NCBI GenBank assembly: GCA_041621735.1
Contig: JBFKAF010000001.1
Coordinates: 19,074-83,073 of the forward strand
Source of the DNA: Pseudomonas sp.
GTDB lineage: Bacteria; Pseudomonadota; Gammaproteobacteria; Pseudomonadales; Pseudomonadaceae
DNA length: 64,000 nt
Direction: 5' to 3'
Shown: positions 28,839 through 38,575 of the stretch, piece after piece
Numbering within the stretch: the stretch's first letter is position 1
Layout: each line of letters begins with the position of its first letter
The notes under the pieces: model-generated
Seen by the model: only the letters and a program-made list of their open reading frames with translations
What the model was told of the DNA's origin: nothing
The model's database searches: none
Program-made: the position numbers and the translations under genes

Positions 28839-29990
28839 TTACAGGGTGTCCGCCGTGCCCAGGATCATGGTCGCCTGGCTGGACAGGGTGCCGCCATTGG
28901 CGTGGGCCAAGGCCAACCGTGCGCCCGGCACCTGGCGCTCACCGGCAGCACCGCGTAATTGCAGACAGGACTCTACCAGGGTGAACAACCCATACATCCC
29001 TGGGTGACAGCAGGACAGGCCGCCGCCGTTGGTGTTCACCGGCAGTGATCCACCAGGGCCGATGTTACCTCCCGAGACGAAGCGCCCCCCCTCACCCTTC
29101 GGGCAGAAGCCCAGGTCTTCGAGGAATAGAATGGTGTTGATGGTGAAGGCATCGTAGAGCTGCACCACGTCGATATCCTGTGGCCCCACACCGGCAATGG
29201 CATAAGCACGCTGGCCGGACTCGCGGGCGGCGGTGACCGTGAGATCGCCGGACTGGTCGACTCCCGAGTACCAGGTGGCAGCTGCCGCGCCCAACACGTA
29301 AACGGGCTGCGCATGTAGGTCACGCGCGCGGTCGCCGCGGGTCAGAACGATCGCCGCAGCGCCGTCGGTCACCAGGCAGCAATCACGCACACTGAGCGGG
29401 TCGGAGACCATGCGCGCCTTGAGGCAATCCTCGATGCTCAACTCATCACGGGCGAAAGCCTCGGGATTGAGCCTGGCCCAGTTGCGCGCAGCCACTGCCA
29501 CTTCGGCCAGATGTTCGCGGGTGGTGCCATATTCATGCATATGCCGCGACGCCGCCAGGGCGTAGGAGGACAGCGGCGTCAGCGGTTTGTAGGGCTTCTC
29601 GTAGGGCGATGGCAGACGCATCGACACCAGGCCACCGGAGGCGGTGCGCTGGTTGCTGCCATAGATGATCAGCGCAGTATCGCAGTAACCGGCCTCCAGC
29701 ATCAGGCTGGCAGTGATCACATGGGAGTGGAAGGCCGAACCGCCAGTGCGATTATTTTCCGTGAAGAGTGGGGTGATCCCCAAGTACTCCGCAGCGCTCA
29801 GCCCGGAGAGGGCATCGTCCGGCGTGCATACGAAGAGCGCGTCGACGTCGGCCAGCGCCAGGTTCGCATCTTTCAACGCCATCACGGCGGCCTGGGCCGC
29901 CAGGTCCAGCGGGCGCATCCCAGGAGATTCGCCCATACCATAAGTGGCCGCACCGACTATGGCCACACGGCCTCGAGGAAACTGCTCCAT
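28839..29990 (-). CDS. Non-canonical thiolase-fold protein (SCP-x/Ltp type)
   Basis: No catalytic Cys (RTGGSA); DCCLVTDG, QLYDAF, NTNGGGLS..HPG. Confidence 0.85.
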   Translation of the reverse strand: MEQFPRGRVAIVGAATYGMGESPGMRPLDLAAQAAVMALKDANLALADVDALFVCTPDDALSGLSAAEYLGITPLFTENNRTGGSAFHSHVITASLMLEAGYCDTALIIYGSNQRTASGGLVSMRLPSPYEKPYKPLTPLSSYALAASRHMHEYGTTREHLAEVAVAARNWARLNPEAFARDELSIEDCLKARMVSDPLSVRDCCLVTDGAAAIVLTRGDRARDLHAQPVYVLGAAAATWYSGVDQSGDLTVTAARESGQRAYAIAGVGPQDIDVVQLYDAFTINTILFLEDLGFCPKGEGGRFVSGGNIGPGGSLPVNTNGGGLSCCHPGMYGLFTLVESCLQLRGAAGERQVPGARLALAHANGGTLSSQATMILGTADTL

Positions 29991-30050
29991 TACGCTACTC
30001 CGTTGGCGGCCAGTTGAAGCTGGCCGCATTGTTCTGGACTCGGCTCACAT

Positions 30051-30069
30051 AACTAACATAATATCAGTT
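30051..30069. promoter_or_regulatory. Cluster-wide operator, copy 5
   Basis: (T)AACTAAC-ATAAT-ATCAGTT(A) in a divergent intergenic region. Confidence 0.75.
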
Positions 30070-30209
30070 AACAGCTAAACTAACCCATGCCTGGAACGGG
30101 CGCAAGCCGCTCAACCCAACCTGCCTAACGCATGATCACATCAGGCTCCGACCGTACTCGTCCCCTGGCACTTCATGCTTCCCAGTTCCGCAACGGATAA
30201 GGCCCTCAC

Positions 30210-31112
30210 ATGAGCGAGTCAACCCTCAACCTCCTCGCCGCATCCTCCAACCGCCCCGCGTGGGTAGACTGGGCTCTGGGACAACCAGGCAGATCGCACT
30301 ACCTCGAAGCCAACGGCTCCAGGTTGCATTTTCTGTCCTGGAGTCTCGACCAGAAGCACAAACCCACCCTGCTGTTCGTCCACGGTTTTCGCGGCCATGC
30401 GCACTGGTGGGACTTCATCGCGCCCTGGTTCGCCGAGAGCTATCGCGTGGTCGCCCTGGATCTTTCCGGCATGGGCGATAGCGCCCATCGCGAGCAGTAC
30501 GACTCGACCACCCTCGCCCGGGACATCGCAGCGGTGGCCGAACACGTCAGCGACACCCCAGTCACGGCCGTCGGTCACAGCTATGGCGGCTCACGCCTAT
30601 TGCGCGCCAGCGGTGAGCGCCCGGAATTGTTCGAGCGCCTGGTGATAGTCGACAGCTATGTGCTGTTCGAGGGTGAGAGCCTACCGGCCGGGCCGGTGAA
30701 GGTACGCGGCGATCATGTGTATGCCGACCTGCCAAGCGCGGCAGCCAGGTTCCGCCTGCTTCCAGCCCAGGCCGACGCCATGTCGTGTTTAGTGGAGCAT
30801 GTCGCCGCCCACTCGCTGCGGCGCAGTGAGAACGGCTGGCGCTGGAAGTTCGACACTCGACTGCCGCCAGGCGGGGCACGGGAAGCCGATGGAGGACAGA
30901 TGCTCGCGCGCGTCAACTGCCCGGTGGACTATCTCTACGGCGAGCGCAGCGTAGTGGTCAACCGCGAGCGTGCCGAGCGCATTGTCCAGGCGCTGTCGAA
31001 TGGACGAGGTCCCATCGTCATACCCACTGGCCACCACCACCTGATGTTCGACCAGCCGCTCGCCCTGATCAGCACCCTGCGCGCCTTGCTGGCTGCAAGT
31101 CCGCGCCCTTGA
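30210..31112 (+). CDS. Alpha/beta hydrolase (paralog of 22623..23516)
   Basis: HGFRGHAHWWD, DLSGMGDS, GHSYGG, HHHLMFDQP. Confidence 0.88.
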   Translation: MSESTLNLLAASSNRPAWVDWALGQPGRSHYLEANGSRLHFLSWSLDQKHKPTLLFVHGFRGHAHWWDFIAPWFAESYRVVALDLSGMGDSAHREQYDSTTLARDIAAVAEHVSDTPVTAVGHSYGGSRLLRASGERPELFERLVIVDSYVLFEGESLPAGPVKVRGDHVYADLPSAAARFRLLPAQADAMSCLVEHVAAHSLRRSENGWRWKFDTRLPPGGAREADGGQMLARVNCPVDYLYGERSVVVNRERAERIVQALSNGRGPIVIPTGHHHLMFDQPLALISTLRALLAASPRP

Positions 31113-31141
31113 CCCCGCACGCCCGACCACAGGACCCCACA

Positions 31142-32002
31142 ATGGCCATCGACTACAAAAAACTCCTCGAGCTACAGATTCCCGACACCCAACAGAGCTA
31201 TACCCACAAGGACAGCATCCTCTACGCCCTCAGCCTGGGTTACGCCAGCGATCCATTGGACGCCCAGCAGCTGCCCCTGGTCTACGAGGCTGACCTGCAT
31301 GCAGTGCCCACCATGGGCGTGGTGCTGGCCCACCCCGGTTACTGGCCGCGCACCCTGAACACCGGACTGGACTGGGTGCGCATCGTCCATGCCGAGCAGG
31401 GCCTGACCCTGCACAAGCCGTTGCCGGTCGAGGCCAAGGTGATCGGCAAGTCGCGGGTGGTGGACATCATCGACAAGGGTGCCGACAAGGGTGCGCTGAT
31501 CACCTATGAGCGCTGCATTATCGAGCAGGATACGGGCGATGCGCTGTGCACTATCACCCAGACCATGCTGGCCCGTGGCGACGGCGGCTTCGGCGGTCCG
31601 CAACGCAGCGTGCCGCCACCGCCGCAAGTCCCCGAGCACCCAGCGGACCACTGCATCGAGCTGCCGACTGCTGCGAACATGGCCCTGCTTTACCGCCTGA
31701 ACGGCGACTGGAACCCGCTGCACGCCGACCCGGAAGTGGCGCGCAAGGCCGGCTTCGAGCGGCCGATCCTGCACGGCCTGGCCACTTGGGGTATCGCCGG
31801 GCGCGCCATCATGCAGGCGGTGTGCGCCTTCGATGGCAGTCGCATTGCCTCGATCTTCGGTCGTTTCACCGCACCGGCCTATCCGGGCGAAACCTTCCGC
31901 ACCGAGATATGGGTCAAAGACCAGGAAATCGCCTTTCGCGTCCGTGCAGTCGAGCGTGACGTCATAGTGATCAACAACGGCCGAGCCGAACTGCGGCACT
32001 AA
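31142..32002 (+). CDS. MaoC-family double hot-dog (R)-enoyl-CoA hydratase (MFE-2 hydratase-like)
   Basis: YRLNGDWNPLHADP...PILHGL hydratase-2 motif; VHAEQ. Confidence 0.9.
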   Translation: MAIDYKKLLELQIPDTQQSYTHKDSILYALSLGYASDPLDAQQLPLVYEADLHAVPTMGVVLAHPGYWPRTLNTGLDWVRIVHAEQGLTLHKPLPVEAKVIGKSRVVDIIDKGADKGALITYERCIIEQDTGDALCTITQTMLARGDGGFGGPQRSVPPPPQVPEHPADHCIELPTAANMALLYRLNGDWNPLHADPEVARKAGFERPILHGLATWGIAGRAIMQAVCAFDGSRIASIFGRFTAPAYPGETFRTEIWVKDQEIAFRVRAVERDVIVINNGRAELRH

Positions 32003-32027
32003 CCGTTTGACGGACAGGAGACAAATT

Positions 32028-32855
32028 ATGACCCCTCAGGACATTCATCTCGACGGTCAGGTGGCGCTGATTACCGGCGGCGCCAACGGCATCGGTGCTG
32101 GCGTTGCCCAGAATCTGGCTAACTTCGGCGCCTGCGTGGCCATCGCCGATATCGACATCAGCGGCGGCGAGCGTCTGGTAGCCGAGATTCGGGAGCAAGG
32201 TGGTGACGCCATGTTCCTGCAGACCGACGTCAACCATGGCGAGCAGATTCGTGCGGCGGTGGAGCAGACAGTCAAACACTTCGGCCGCCTGGACATCCTG
32301 ATCAACAATGCCGGCGGCGTGCGCAAGAGGGCCTTCCTCGAACAATCCGAGAAGAGCTGGCGCAAACACATCGACTTCAACTTTATTAGCATGCTCACCG
32401 CCACCCAGGCGGCCGCCAAGGCCATGATCGCCGGTGGACGCGGCGGCACCATCGTCAATATCGCCAGCAGCGAAGGCCTGCGAGCGGCCCCAGGCTTCGC
32501 CGTCTACGCCGCCTGCAAGGCGGGCATGATCAGCTTCACCCGTTCCATGGCGCTGGAACTGGCCGAGCACCAGATCCGCGTGCACGCCTTGGCCCCGGAC
32601 ATGATCCTCACCCCAGGCCATGCGCCCTACTTCGAAGCCGCCGGCGAAGCAGGGCGCGCTGCGCGCGATCGCTACATCCCCATGGGCCGGGTCGGCTCCA
32701 CCGACGAATTGGCCGGCGTAGTGATCTTCCTGGTGTCGGGTCTGGCCACCTTTGTCACCGGGCTGACCCTGCCGGTGGACGGTGGCGCCATCGCCTCCAG
32801 TGGCTGGAGCCGCTCGCCAGTGACTGGGGAGTGGGATCTATATCACGCAGGGTAA
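32028..32855 (+). CDS. SDR family oxidoreductase
   Basis: TGGANGIG, NNAG, YAACK. Confidence 0.9.
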   Translation: MTPQDIHLDGQVALITGGANGIGAGVAQNLANFGACVAIADIDISGGERLVAEIREQGGDAMFLQTDVNHGEQIRAAVEQTVKHFGRLDILINNAGGVRKRAFLEQSEKSWRKHIDFNFISMLTATQAAAKAMIAGGRGGTIVNIASSEGLRAAPGFAVYAACKAGMISFTRSMALELAEHQIRVHALAPDMILTPGHAPYFEAAGEAGRAARDRYIPMGRVGSTDELAGVVIFLVSGLATFVTGLTLPVDGGAIASSGWSRSPVTGEWDLYHAG

Positions 32856-32893
32856 GCCCGCCTCTCCCTAGGGAAACACACCACCACGCCAGC

Positions 32894-32914
32894 CCCCGCT
32901 CCCGGAGAGCGGGG
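32894..32914. terminator. Hairpin between convergent genes
   Basis: CCCCGCTC-CCGGA-GAGCGGGG; no clear U tract. Confidence 0.5.
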
Positions 32915-32920
32915 TAATCA

Positions 32921-33190
32921 TCAAACTGTGACTCCGGCAACCTAACAGCCAGACTATTCAGCGCCTCGCTGAGGATCACTTGGCAAGCCAACCGACTGCT
33001 CGGCAGTACGTGCAGGGCAGAGCCCAGCATTAACCGTTCGCCATTGGCTGGCGCCGGAACAGCTGCCACCGCAGTCGCCGAGGATGCCCGGCACCTGACC
33101 GGCTTGGGCCACATGCATCAGTGACAGGCCGGCCCCCGCCTCGACCCGCTGCTTAGCGTCGCCATGCTGAATGGAGCTTATGATCGTCAT
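32921..33190 (-). pseudogene. Putidaredoxin-type [2Fe-2S] ferredoxin pseudogene
   Basis: MTII...GLSLM...VPGILGDCGGSCS, then the CATCHV segment is missing; another frame continues ERLML...SRLACQV...LAVRLPESQF with the natural stop lost. Confidence 0.85.
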
Positions 33191-33240
33191 CTGTGGCCCT
33201 CTCTTGGTTGCTGTATTTATTCGTTCCCAGAAAGCAACAC

Positions 33241-33259
33241 AACTAAAGATTCGACAGCT
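33241..33259. promoter_or_regulatory. Decayed copy of the cluster-wide operator upstream of the ferredoxin pseudogene
   Basis: AACTAAA-GATTC-GACAGCT; two changes at core positions. Confidence 0.5.
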
Positions 33260-33369
33260 TACCAAGCGACATCCCCTATCACTCCTTACCTGCAAGGAAA
33301 TCAGCGCAAGTAAGGATAACAAGAGATCACCGCATGCTTGCCGAGCCACGAGGGGCGACAGATCCCGAC

Positions 33370-33787
33370 ACATCTACTGGGCCCGGCCTATTGCATACAT
33401 GCGGCCATCCCACTCATGCACAGGCGCTGCGGCGGCGACATCGTCAACGTCTCGCCCGAGTGCACCCGCACCCCCTTCCCGTTCCTGTCTGCCTACGCCG
33501 CCAAGAGCGCGCTGGGAATCCTCTCCGCCGGGCTGCGCAATGAGCTAGGTCCAGACACCATCCGCGTCATAGTCTTCCGTGCAGGTCATATGACCCGTGA
33601 GAACGCCAGCCTCAAAAGCTGGCCACCGGGGCGCCTGGAGCAGTTTATCGACAGCATTACGAAAACAGGGCACCTGAACTTCACCGGGGCCGGTGTTTCG
33701 CCCGCCACGGAGGCCCAAGCCCTGGTCGCGGCGCTGCCCCTGCCGCGCGAGGCGAACATCGATTTACTGGAACTTCGCTCAATCTAG
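33370..33787 (+). pseudogene. SDR pseudogene (C-terminal half only)
   Basis: GPAYCIHAAIPLM...GGDIVNVS...SAYAAKSAL...IRV; no Rossmann N-terminus; YxxxK shortened by one residue. Confidence 0.75.
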
Positions 33788-33820
33788 ACACACCCTGTCC
33801 AATCAAATGAAGACACGCCT

Positions 33821-34230
33821 ATGCACCGATCACTCACAATAGTCACAGGATTGGGTCGCCATGGGCCTGGCTGCGTATCTGGGTAGTAACGAGTTCATAG
33901 CCACCTTGAGTTCGCCGCCTCGCGGGCGGCCCACCGTCAGTTGCTGCACACAGCGGCAGTTTCGCTAACCCAGGGTCGGCCGGCCGCATCTACCAGGCCA
34001 ACCTGCAGGGTAACGCGCAGCTGCTGGAGAGTTTCTCCGAGCACCTCGTCCCCGGCTCCTTAGGTCTGGTGATAGTCAGCACGGCGGCGCAGATCGTCGC
34101 GCTGTCCGCCAAGCAAGAAGCACAGCTAGCGATAAACCCGAGTGACGAGCTGGCCGCCCTGGCCTGCTACCGGGTTCTTCATCGGCAACCGACCTCATGA
34201 TCGACGGCAGCATTGCCGCACATGGCGAGC
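33821..34230 (+). pseudogene. Second, heavily frameshifted SDR pseudogene
   Basis: Pieces in shifting frames: MHRSLTIVTGLG / MGLAA, LLHTAAVSLTQ / SAGRIYQANLQGNAQLLESF...GLVIVSTAA...LSAKQEAQLAINPSDELAAL, TDLMIDGSIAA. Confidence 0.6.
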
Positions 34231-34291
34231 GGCAAGGGGCACTTTGCTGGCAAAATGGCTCTCTGCGGACCCAATAGAATAAAGGCACCTC

Positions 34292-34906
34292 ATGTCAGTT
34301 AGAACCAGGGGGCGACCCCGCAAGAAGTTGGATCTCGCCCTGCTAGAAGCCGCGTCGGCCGAGTTCCTGCAATACGGCTATACCGATGCCAACATCGAAC
34401 GTATCGTCGCCGCCGGCAACACAACCAAGCCCGCACTGTATCGCCGCCACCCCAGCAAGGAGGCGCTGTTCGAAGCCACCCTGAACCACCTGGCCAATGA
34501 TTTCGACTTGGACCTCGGTTTCCTCGACCGACAGCGCCCCGTCGAGGATGCGCTATATGACCTGGCCAAGCTGTTCCACGAGAAGCTGGGCTCGCCCAGG
34601 GTAATCGCCATGAGCCGCCTGGGCGCCTTTGCGGGTGCCAGGTTTCCCGAGCTTATCCTGCAATTTCGCGAAGATGTCATGAAGGGCTTCATGGGACCTC
34701 TCACCGAATACTTCCAGTGGCTGAATGATCGAGGCGTGCTACGGATGACGGATACAGCGGACGCCGCCATCATCTTTGCGACCCTGACCGGCAGAGCCCA
34801 TGAGCGCTTGATGGGCGTGGTGGTGCCCGCCGATAAGTTGGAGTCCCACCTGCGCGAGCTGGTGCGTTTCTTCCTTGCCGGCTATGCGCCACCACGCAAC
34901 GAGTGA
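34292..34906 (+). CDS. TetR/AcrR family transcriptional regulator
   Basis: RGRP N-arm; LLEAASAEFLQYGY...IVAAGNTTKPALYRRHPSKEALF HTH. Confidence 0.9.
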   Translation: MSVRTRGRPRKKLDLALLEAASAEFLQYGYTDANIERIVAAGNTTKPALYRRHPSKEALFEATLNHLANDFDLDLGFLDRQRPVEDALYDLAKLFHEKLGSPRVIAMSRLGAFAGARFPELILQFREDVMKGFMGPLTEYFQWLNDRGVLRMTDTADAAIIFATLTGRAHERLMGVVVPADKLESHLRELVRFFLAGYAPPRNE

Positions 34907-35186
34907 CGGGGCGAGCAGAGCAGTCCCGTCGGCAAGTAATCAGCAAAGCCCCACCCGGCGCTCCGCCGCCAGTGGAATCCGCTGTAGCCTGCGGACTTCC
35001 CGGCACTTGCCGCGCCCCCGCCTCACCCCCCAACGGTCCCTTGCCTGCCCGCCATAGGTATTGAGCGGCAGCTTACTATCTGATGCGCCGGCCATCCGGC
35101 CGAAACCTGCAGCATCGTCGCAACCTTCACCGCCAGCTAGACACTTTCCAGCAGCCCTTCGACAGCCCACTGCATGGTCGACCTTC

Positions 35187-36386
35187 CTATCGAATTGCAC
35201 CCACTTCGCGCAGGGCAGCGAGCTGTTCATCGCTCAGGCCTGCTTCACGCAGCACCTCATCGGTGTGCTCCGCAAAACGGGGAGCGGCCTTGAGCTTGCC
35301 GATGGGCTGTTCATCGAACTGCGCCGGTGATACCCCGACCAGATAATACGCCTCTGCATCAATCTGGACTGGGCTGACGAAGCCATTTTCCAGGGCCTGC
35401 GGATCGGCAAGCACCTCTGCCGGACTTTGGACCGGCGCCCAGACCCCCTCCAGAGTCTTCAGACGCGCGCACCAGTCGGCATAGTCGCGGGTGGCGAACA
35501 CCTCGTTCAGCTCGCCTATCAGGGCGCGGGAGTTGGCATGGCGAGCTGCGCCGTCTTTAAAGCGCGGATCGTCGAGCAGATCAGGGCGTTCGATATGCGA
35601 GACGAAATCAGGCCACCACTTCTCCATCAGCAGGCACAGGTTAATCCAGCGGGCATCGCGGGTGCGGTAGCTGTTGGCGAGAGGAAAAGAGCTGTCCTTC
35701 TGCCCCTCGATGGGGATGGTGGGCACGCCGATACTGGTGGCCAGCAGCGACTGCGACATCAGGTAGGTGCCGACCATATACAACGCGTTGTCGACGACCG
35801 CCCCCTTACCTGTACGCTCGCGGCGGAACAAGGCGGCAGCGATGGCACCCGCCAGGGTCACACCGCCGGTGAGGTCGCCGATGGAGCCGGGCTGCTTGGG
35901 CGGCGCCTCGGTCGCCAAGGTTTGGTTGAACGCCGCGCCAGCTCGGCACCAGGCAGAGGGATAGTCGAAGCCGCCATCGTTGGCCATGGCGCCGTTCAGA
36001 CCATAGCCGGTACCACGGCCGTAGATCAGCTTCGGGTTACGTTTGAACAGGTCGTCCGGCTCGATACCCAACTTCGCACGCGCATCGGCGCGCAGGTTAG
36101 TGAGGAATACGTCTGCGCCATCGATCAATCGGTAAAGCTGTTCTCGACCCGATGCCTGAGTCAGATCCAGAGCGATACCGCGCTTGCCACGGTTGCCGGT
36201 CTCGAAGAACGGGTTGACCTTACCGTCGGCACCCGGCAGGCGCATATGCCGCGAAGAGTCGCCCCCCTGAATCCGCTCGACCTTGATTACATCCGCCCCC
36301 CAGTCGGCCAGCACCATGGCTGCGGCCGGCACATAGGTGTGCTCAGCCACCTCGATCACGCGAACTCCACTCATCAAGTCGTACAT
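35187..36386 (-). CDS. CaiB/BaiF family III CoA-transferase
   Basis: LADWGADVIKVE, NRGKRGIALDL, GGFD, IGDLTGG. Confidence 0.9.
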   Translation of the reverse strand: MYDLMSGVRVIEVAEHTYVPAAAMVLADWGADVIKVERIQGGDSSRHMRLPGADGKVNPFFETGNRGKRGIALDLTQASGREQLYRLIDGADVFLTNLRADARAKLGIEPDDLFKRNPKLIYGRGTGYGLNGAMANDGGFDYPSAWCRAGAAFNQTLATEAPPKQPGSIGDLTGGVTLAGAIAAALFRRERTGKGAVVDNALYMVGTYLMSQSLLATSIGVPTIPIEGQKDSSFPLANSYRTRDARWINLCLLMEKWWPDFVSHIERPDLLDDPRFKDGAARHANSRALIGELNEVFATRDYADWCARLKTLEGVWAPVQSPAEVLADPQALENGFVSPVQIDAEAYYLVGVSPAQFDEQPIGKLKAAPRFAEHTDEVLREAGLSDEQLAALREVGAIR

Positions 36387-36449
36387 AGCGTCTCCCTCAC
36401 TGAATCGTCAAAGCCTAATTGGATAGGTGCTGTTGAAAAACTTTCGAGG

Positions 36450-36940
36450 TCACTCAAGCAGGCACTCGCGCAACGCGGCGAGCGTCTGTCGGTTGACGCA
36501 ATGGGTGAAGACGCAGGCCTCGACGATCGATTCGTGATCCGCGTCCGGCTGCTCAGGAGGATGGCGGCGAGGATGCTGGTGCGGTGCGGGTCCGCGGCGC
36601 ACTGGAACACCAGCGGTAGGCTTCAAGCATTGCAAGTCAGTGCTTGCATCCCGTCTCTCCGCGGCGCGCAAGCATGATTGCGCGAGCGCTCTGCGACGCA
36701 ACAGCAACAACACAAGGCAAACCAGGGCGCCACAGCAGTTGGCCAGGAACCGCTCCGGGCGTGCCTGCTCGACCCAGTCCAGTAAAAGAGAAATAGAACC
36801 CCGCTCCACTGCATGCGGATGTCCAATGCACCGGCCAGCAGCATGAAGGCCGCCACCCCGCACAGGATGAGTAAACCCTTGAGTGGGGGTACCACCGAAT
36901 TCAAGGCCACCGGGTCGATGGCGCAGGAAGACTCGCTCAT
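36450..36940 (-). pseudogene. Frameshifted membrane-protein gene remnant
   Basis: MSESS...KGLLILCGVAAFMLLAGALDIRMQWSGVLFLFYWTG then frame change to VEQARPERFLANCCGALVCLVLLL; sits directly after the ALDH in the same orientation. Confidence 0.5.
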
Positions 36941-37063
36941 TGCTATCACCTCGTACGCTGCCGCCAGGCCCGCACAAAACTCGGTGTCACGACAACGGAG
37001 TGCCACGCTGGGCCGGGCACCGCGAAACCGCAGGATTCCACCCGGCGCTGCCGTTCGTGACGA

Positions 37064-38554
37064 TCAGCAAATGGGATAAGTGATGGATTTCTCTAGAAGG
37101 AACGCCTTCAACCAGTCCTTGCCCAGCTCGCGGCCGACTCCCGAATGCTTGTAGCCTCCAAAGGGAGCCTTGACGAAGAAGTCGCCGGTCCCGCCATTGA
37201 TCGTCACACCGCCAGTGCGCAGTTGCATTGCCATGCGAAAGGCAGCAGGGCGATCGGCAGACATCACCGCGCCGCTCAGACCGAACTTGGAGTCGTTGGC
37301 CAGCCGGATCGCCTCCTCGTCGCAGTCGAAACCGATGACCACACCGATCGGGCCGAAGACCTCCTCCTGGGCCAGGCGCGAGGCGTTGTCGACGTTGTCG
37401 AACAGCGTCGGCTCATGGAAGAAGCCCTTAGCCAGGTGGGCTGGACGCCGACCGCCACTCACCAGGCTGGCCCCTTCATCGAGGCCAATCTGCACGTACT
37501 GCTCGGTCTTGAGCCGCGCACTTTCGCGGATCAGCGGACCGACGACTACCGTCGGGTCTGCCGGGTCACCTATCTTGAGATGGCCGAGCACACCTTTCAC
37601 CGCCTCGATGAAGGCCGCACGGACTGAGTTGTGCACGATATAACGGGTCAACAGCGCACAGCCCTGTCCTGCATGCATCGACATGTTGAAGGCGGCGGTG
37701 GCGGCAGCCTTCTGCACGTCGGCGTCCTGGCGGACAATCATCGCGGATTTGCCACCCAGCTCCAGATGGACCTTTTTCAGAGTCCCCGCCGCCTGACGCA
37801 TAATCGCCTGCCCGACCTTGTCCGAACCGGTAAAGGTCACCAGATCGACGCGTGGATCCTCGGTGAGGATTGTGCCCACCTCCGGGCCGCCGTTGATGAC
37901 GCTCAGCACGCCTTGGGGTAGACCTGCCTCGATAATGATCTCGTTCAGCAACAGGCCGCAGAACGGGGTGAACTGCGAAGGCTTGAGCACCACGGTGTTG
38001 CCGGTCAGTAAAGCCGGCACCGCCTTCAGCACATTGAGCATGAACGGATAGTTGTACGGCGTGATGCCGACTACCACGCCGTAGGGCTCCTGCACCACAA
38101 CGCCCGACCCCAGCAGCTCCCCGGACGACGGGTCGAAGGGATTCGGCTTGAGCTCGATGGCAACGCCTTCGGGCTCCAGACGCTGCGCCAGCTTGATCGC
38201 ATAATCGATTCCCTCCAGCGCGCCGTTGTATTGCGCGCTGTTCATCAACAGCTGCGCCGCGCCGACTTCTGCGATCAGCAATTGCTTGATCAAACCCTCG
38301 CGGTTGACGATGGCCGCTCGAAAGCGGCGAATGGTATCGATTCGCTCATCGATGGACACTCTTGGCCATGGCCCCTCGTCAAAAGCTAAACGCGCCGCAG
38401 TCAAGGCCTGTTCCACCTCGACGCTGCCGGCCAAGGGGGCTTCACCGAGACACTCTTCTGTGGCCGGATTAAAGATCGGCTCGTAACCCTGCGAGGGTTC
38501 TACCCACTCGCCGCCGATAAGGAATCGCCTGATGTCCGTGAAAGGGGTTGCCAT
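37064..38554 (-). CDS. Aldehyde dehydrogenase
   Basis: PYNYP, LKPS, FTGS, LELGGKS, GQGC catalytic Cys, EEVFGP, PFGGYKHSG. Confidence 0.93.
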   Translation of the reverse strand: MATPFTDIRRFLIGGEWVEPSQGYEPIFNPATEECLGEAPLAGSVEVEQALTAARLAFDEGPWPRVSIDERIDTIRRFRAAIVNREGLIKQLLIAEVGAAQLLMNSAQYNGALEGIDYAIKLAQRLEPEGVAIELKPNPFDPSSGELLGSGVVVQEPYGVVVGITPYNYPFMLNVLKAVPALLTGNTVVLKPSQFTPFCGLLLNEIIIEAGLPQGVLSVINGGPEVGTILTEDPRVDLVTFTGSDKVGQAIMRQAAGTLKKVHLELGGKSAMIVRQDADVQKAAATAAFNMSMHAGQGCALLTRYIVHNSVRAAFIEAVKGVLGHLKIGDPADPTVVVGPLIRESARLKTEQYVQIGLDEGASLVSGGRRPAHLAKGFFHEPTLFDNVDNASRLAQEEVFGPIGVVIGFDCDEEAIRLANDSKFGLSGAVMSADRPAAFRMAMQLRTGGVTINGGTGDFFVKAPFGGYKHSGVGRELGKDWLKAFLLEKSITYPIC

Positions 38555-38575
38555 TGTTCAGCCCTTCTTATCGGT

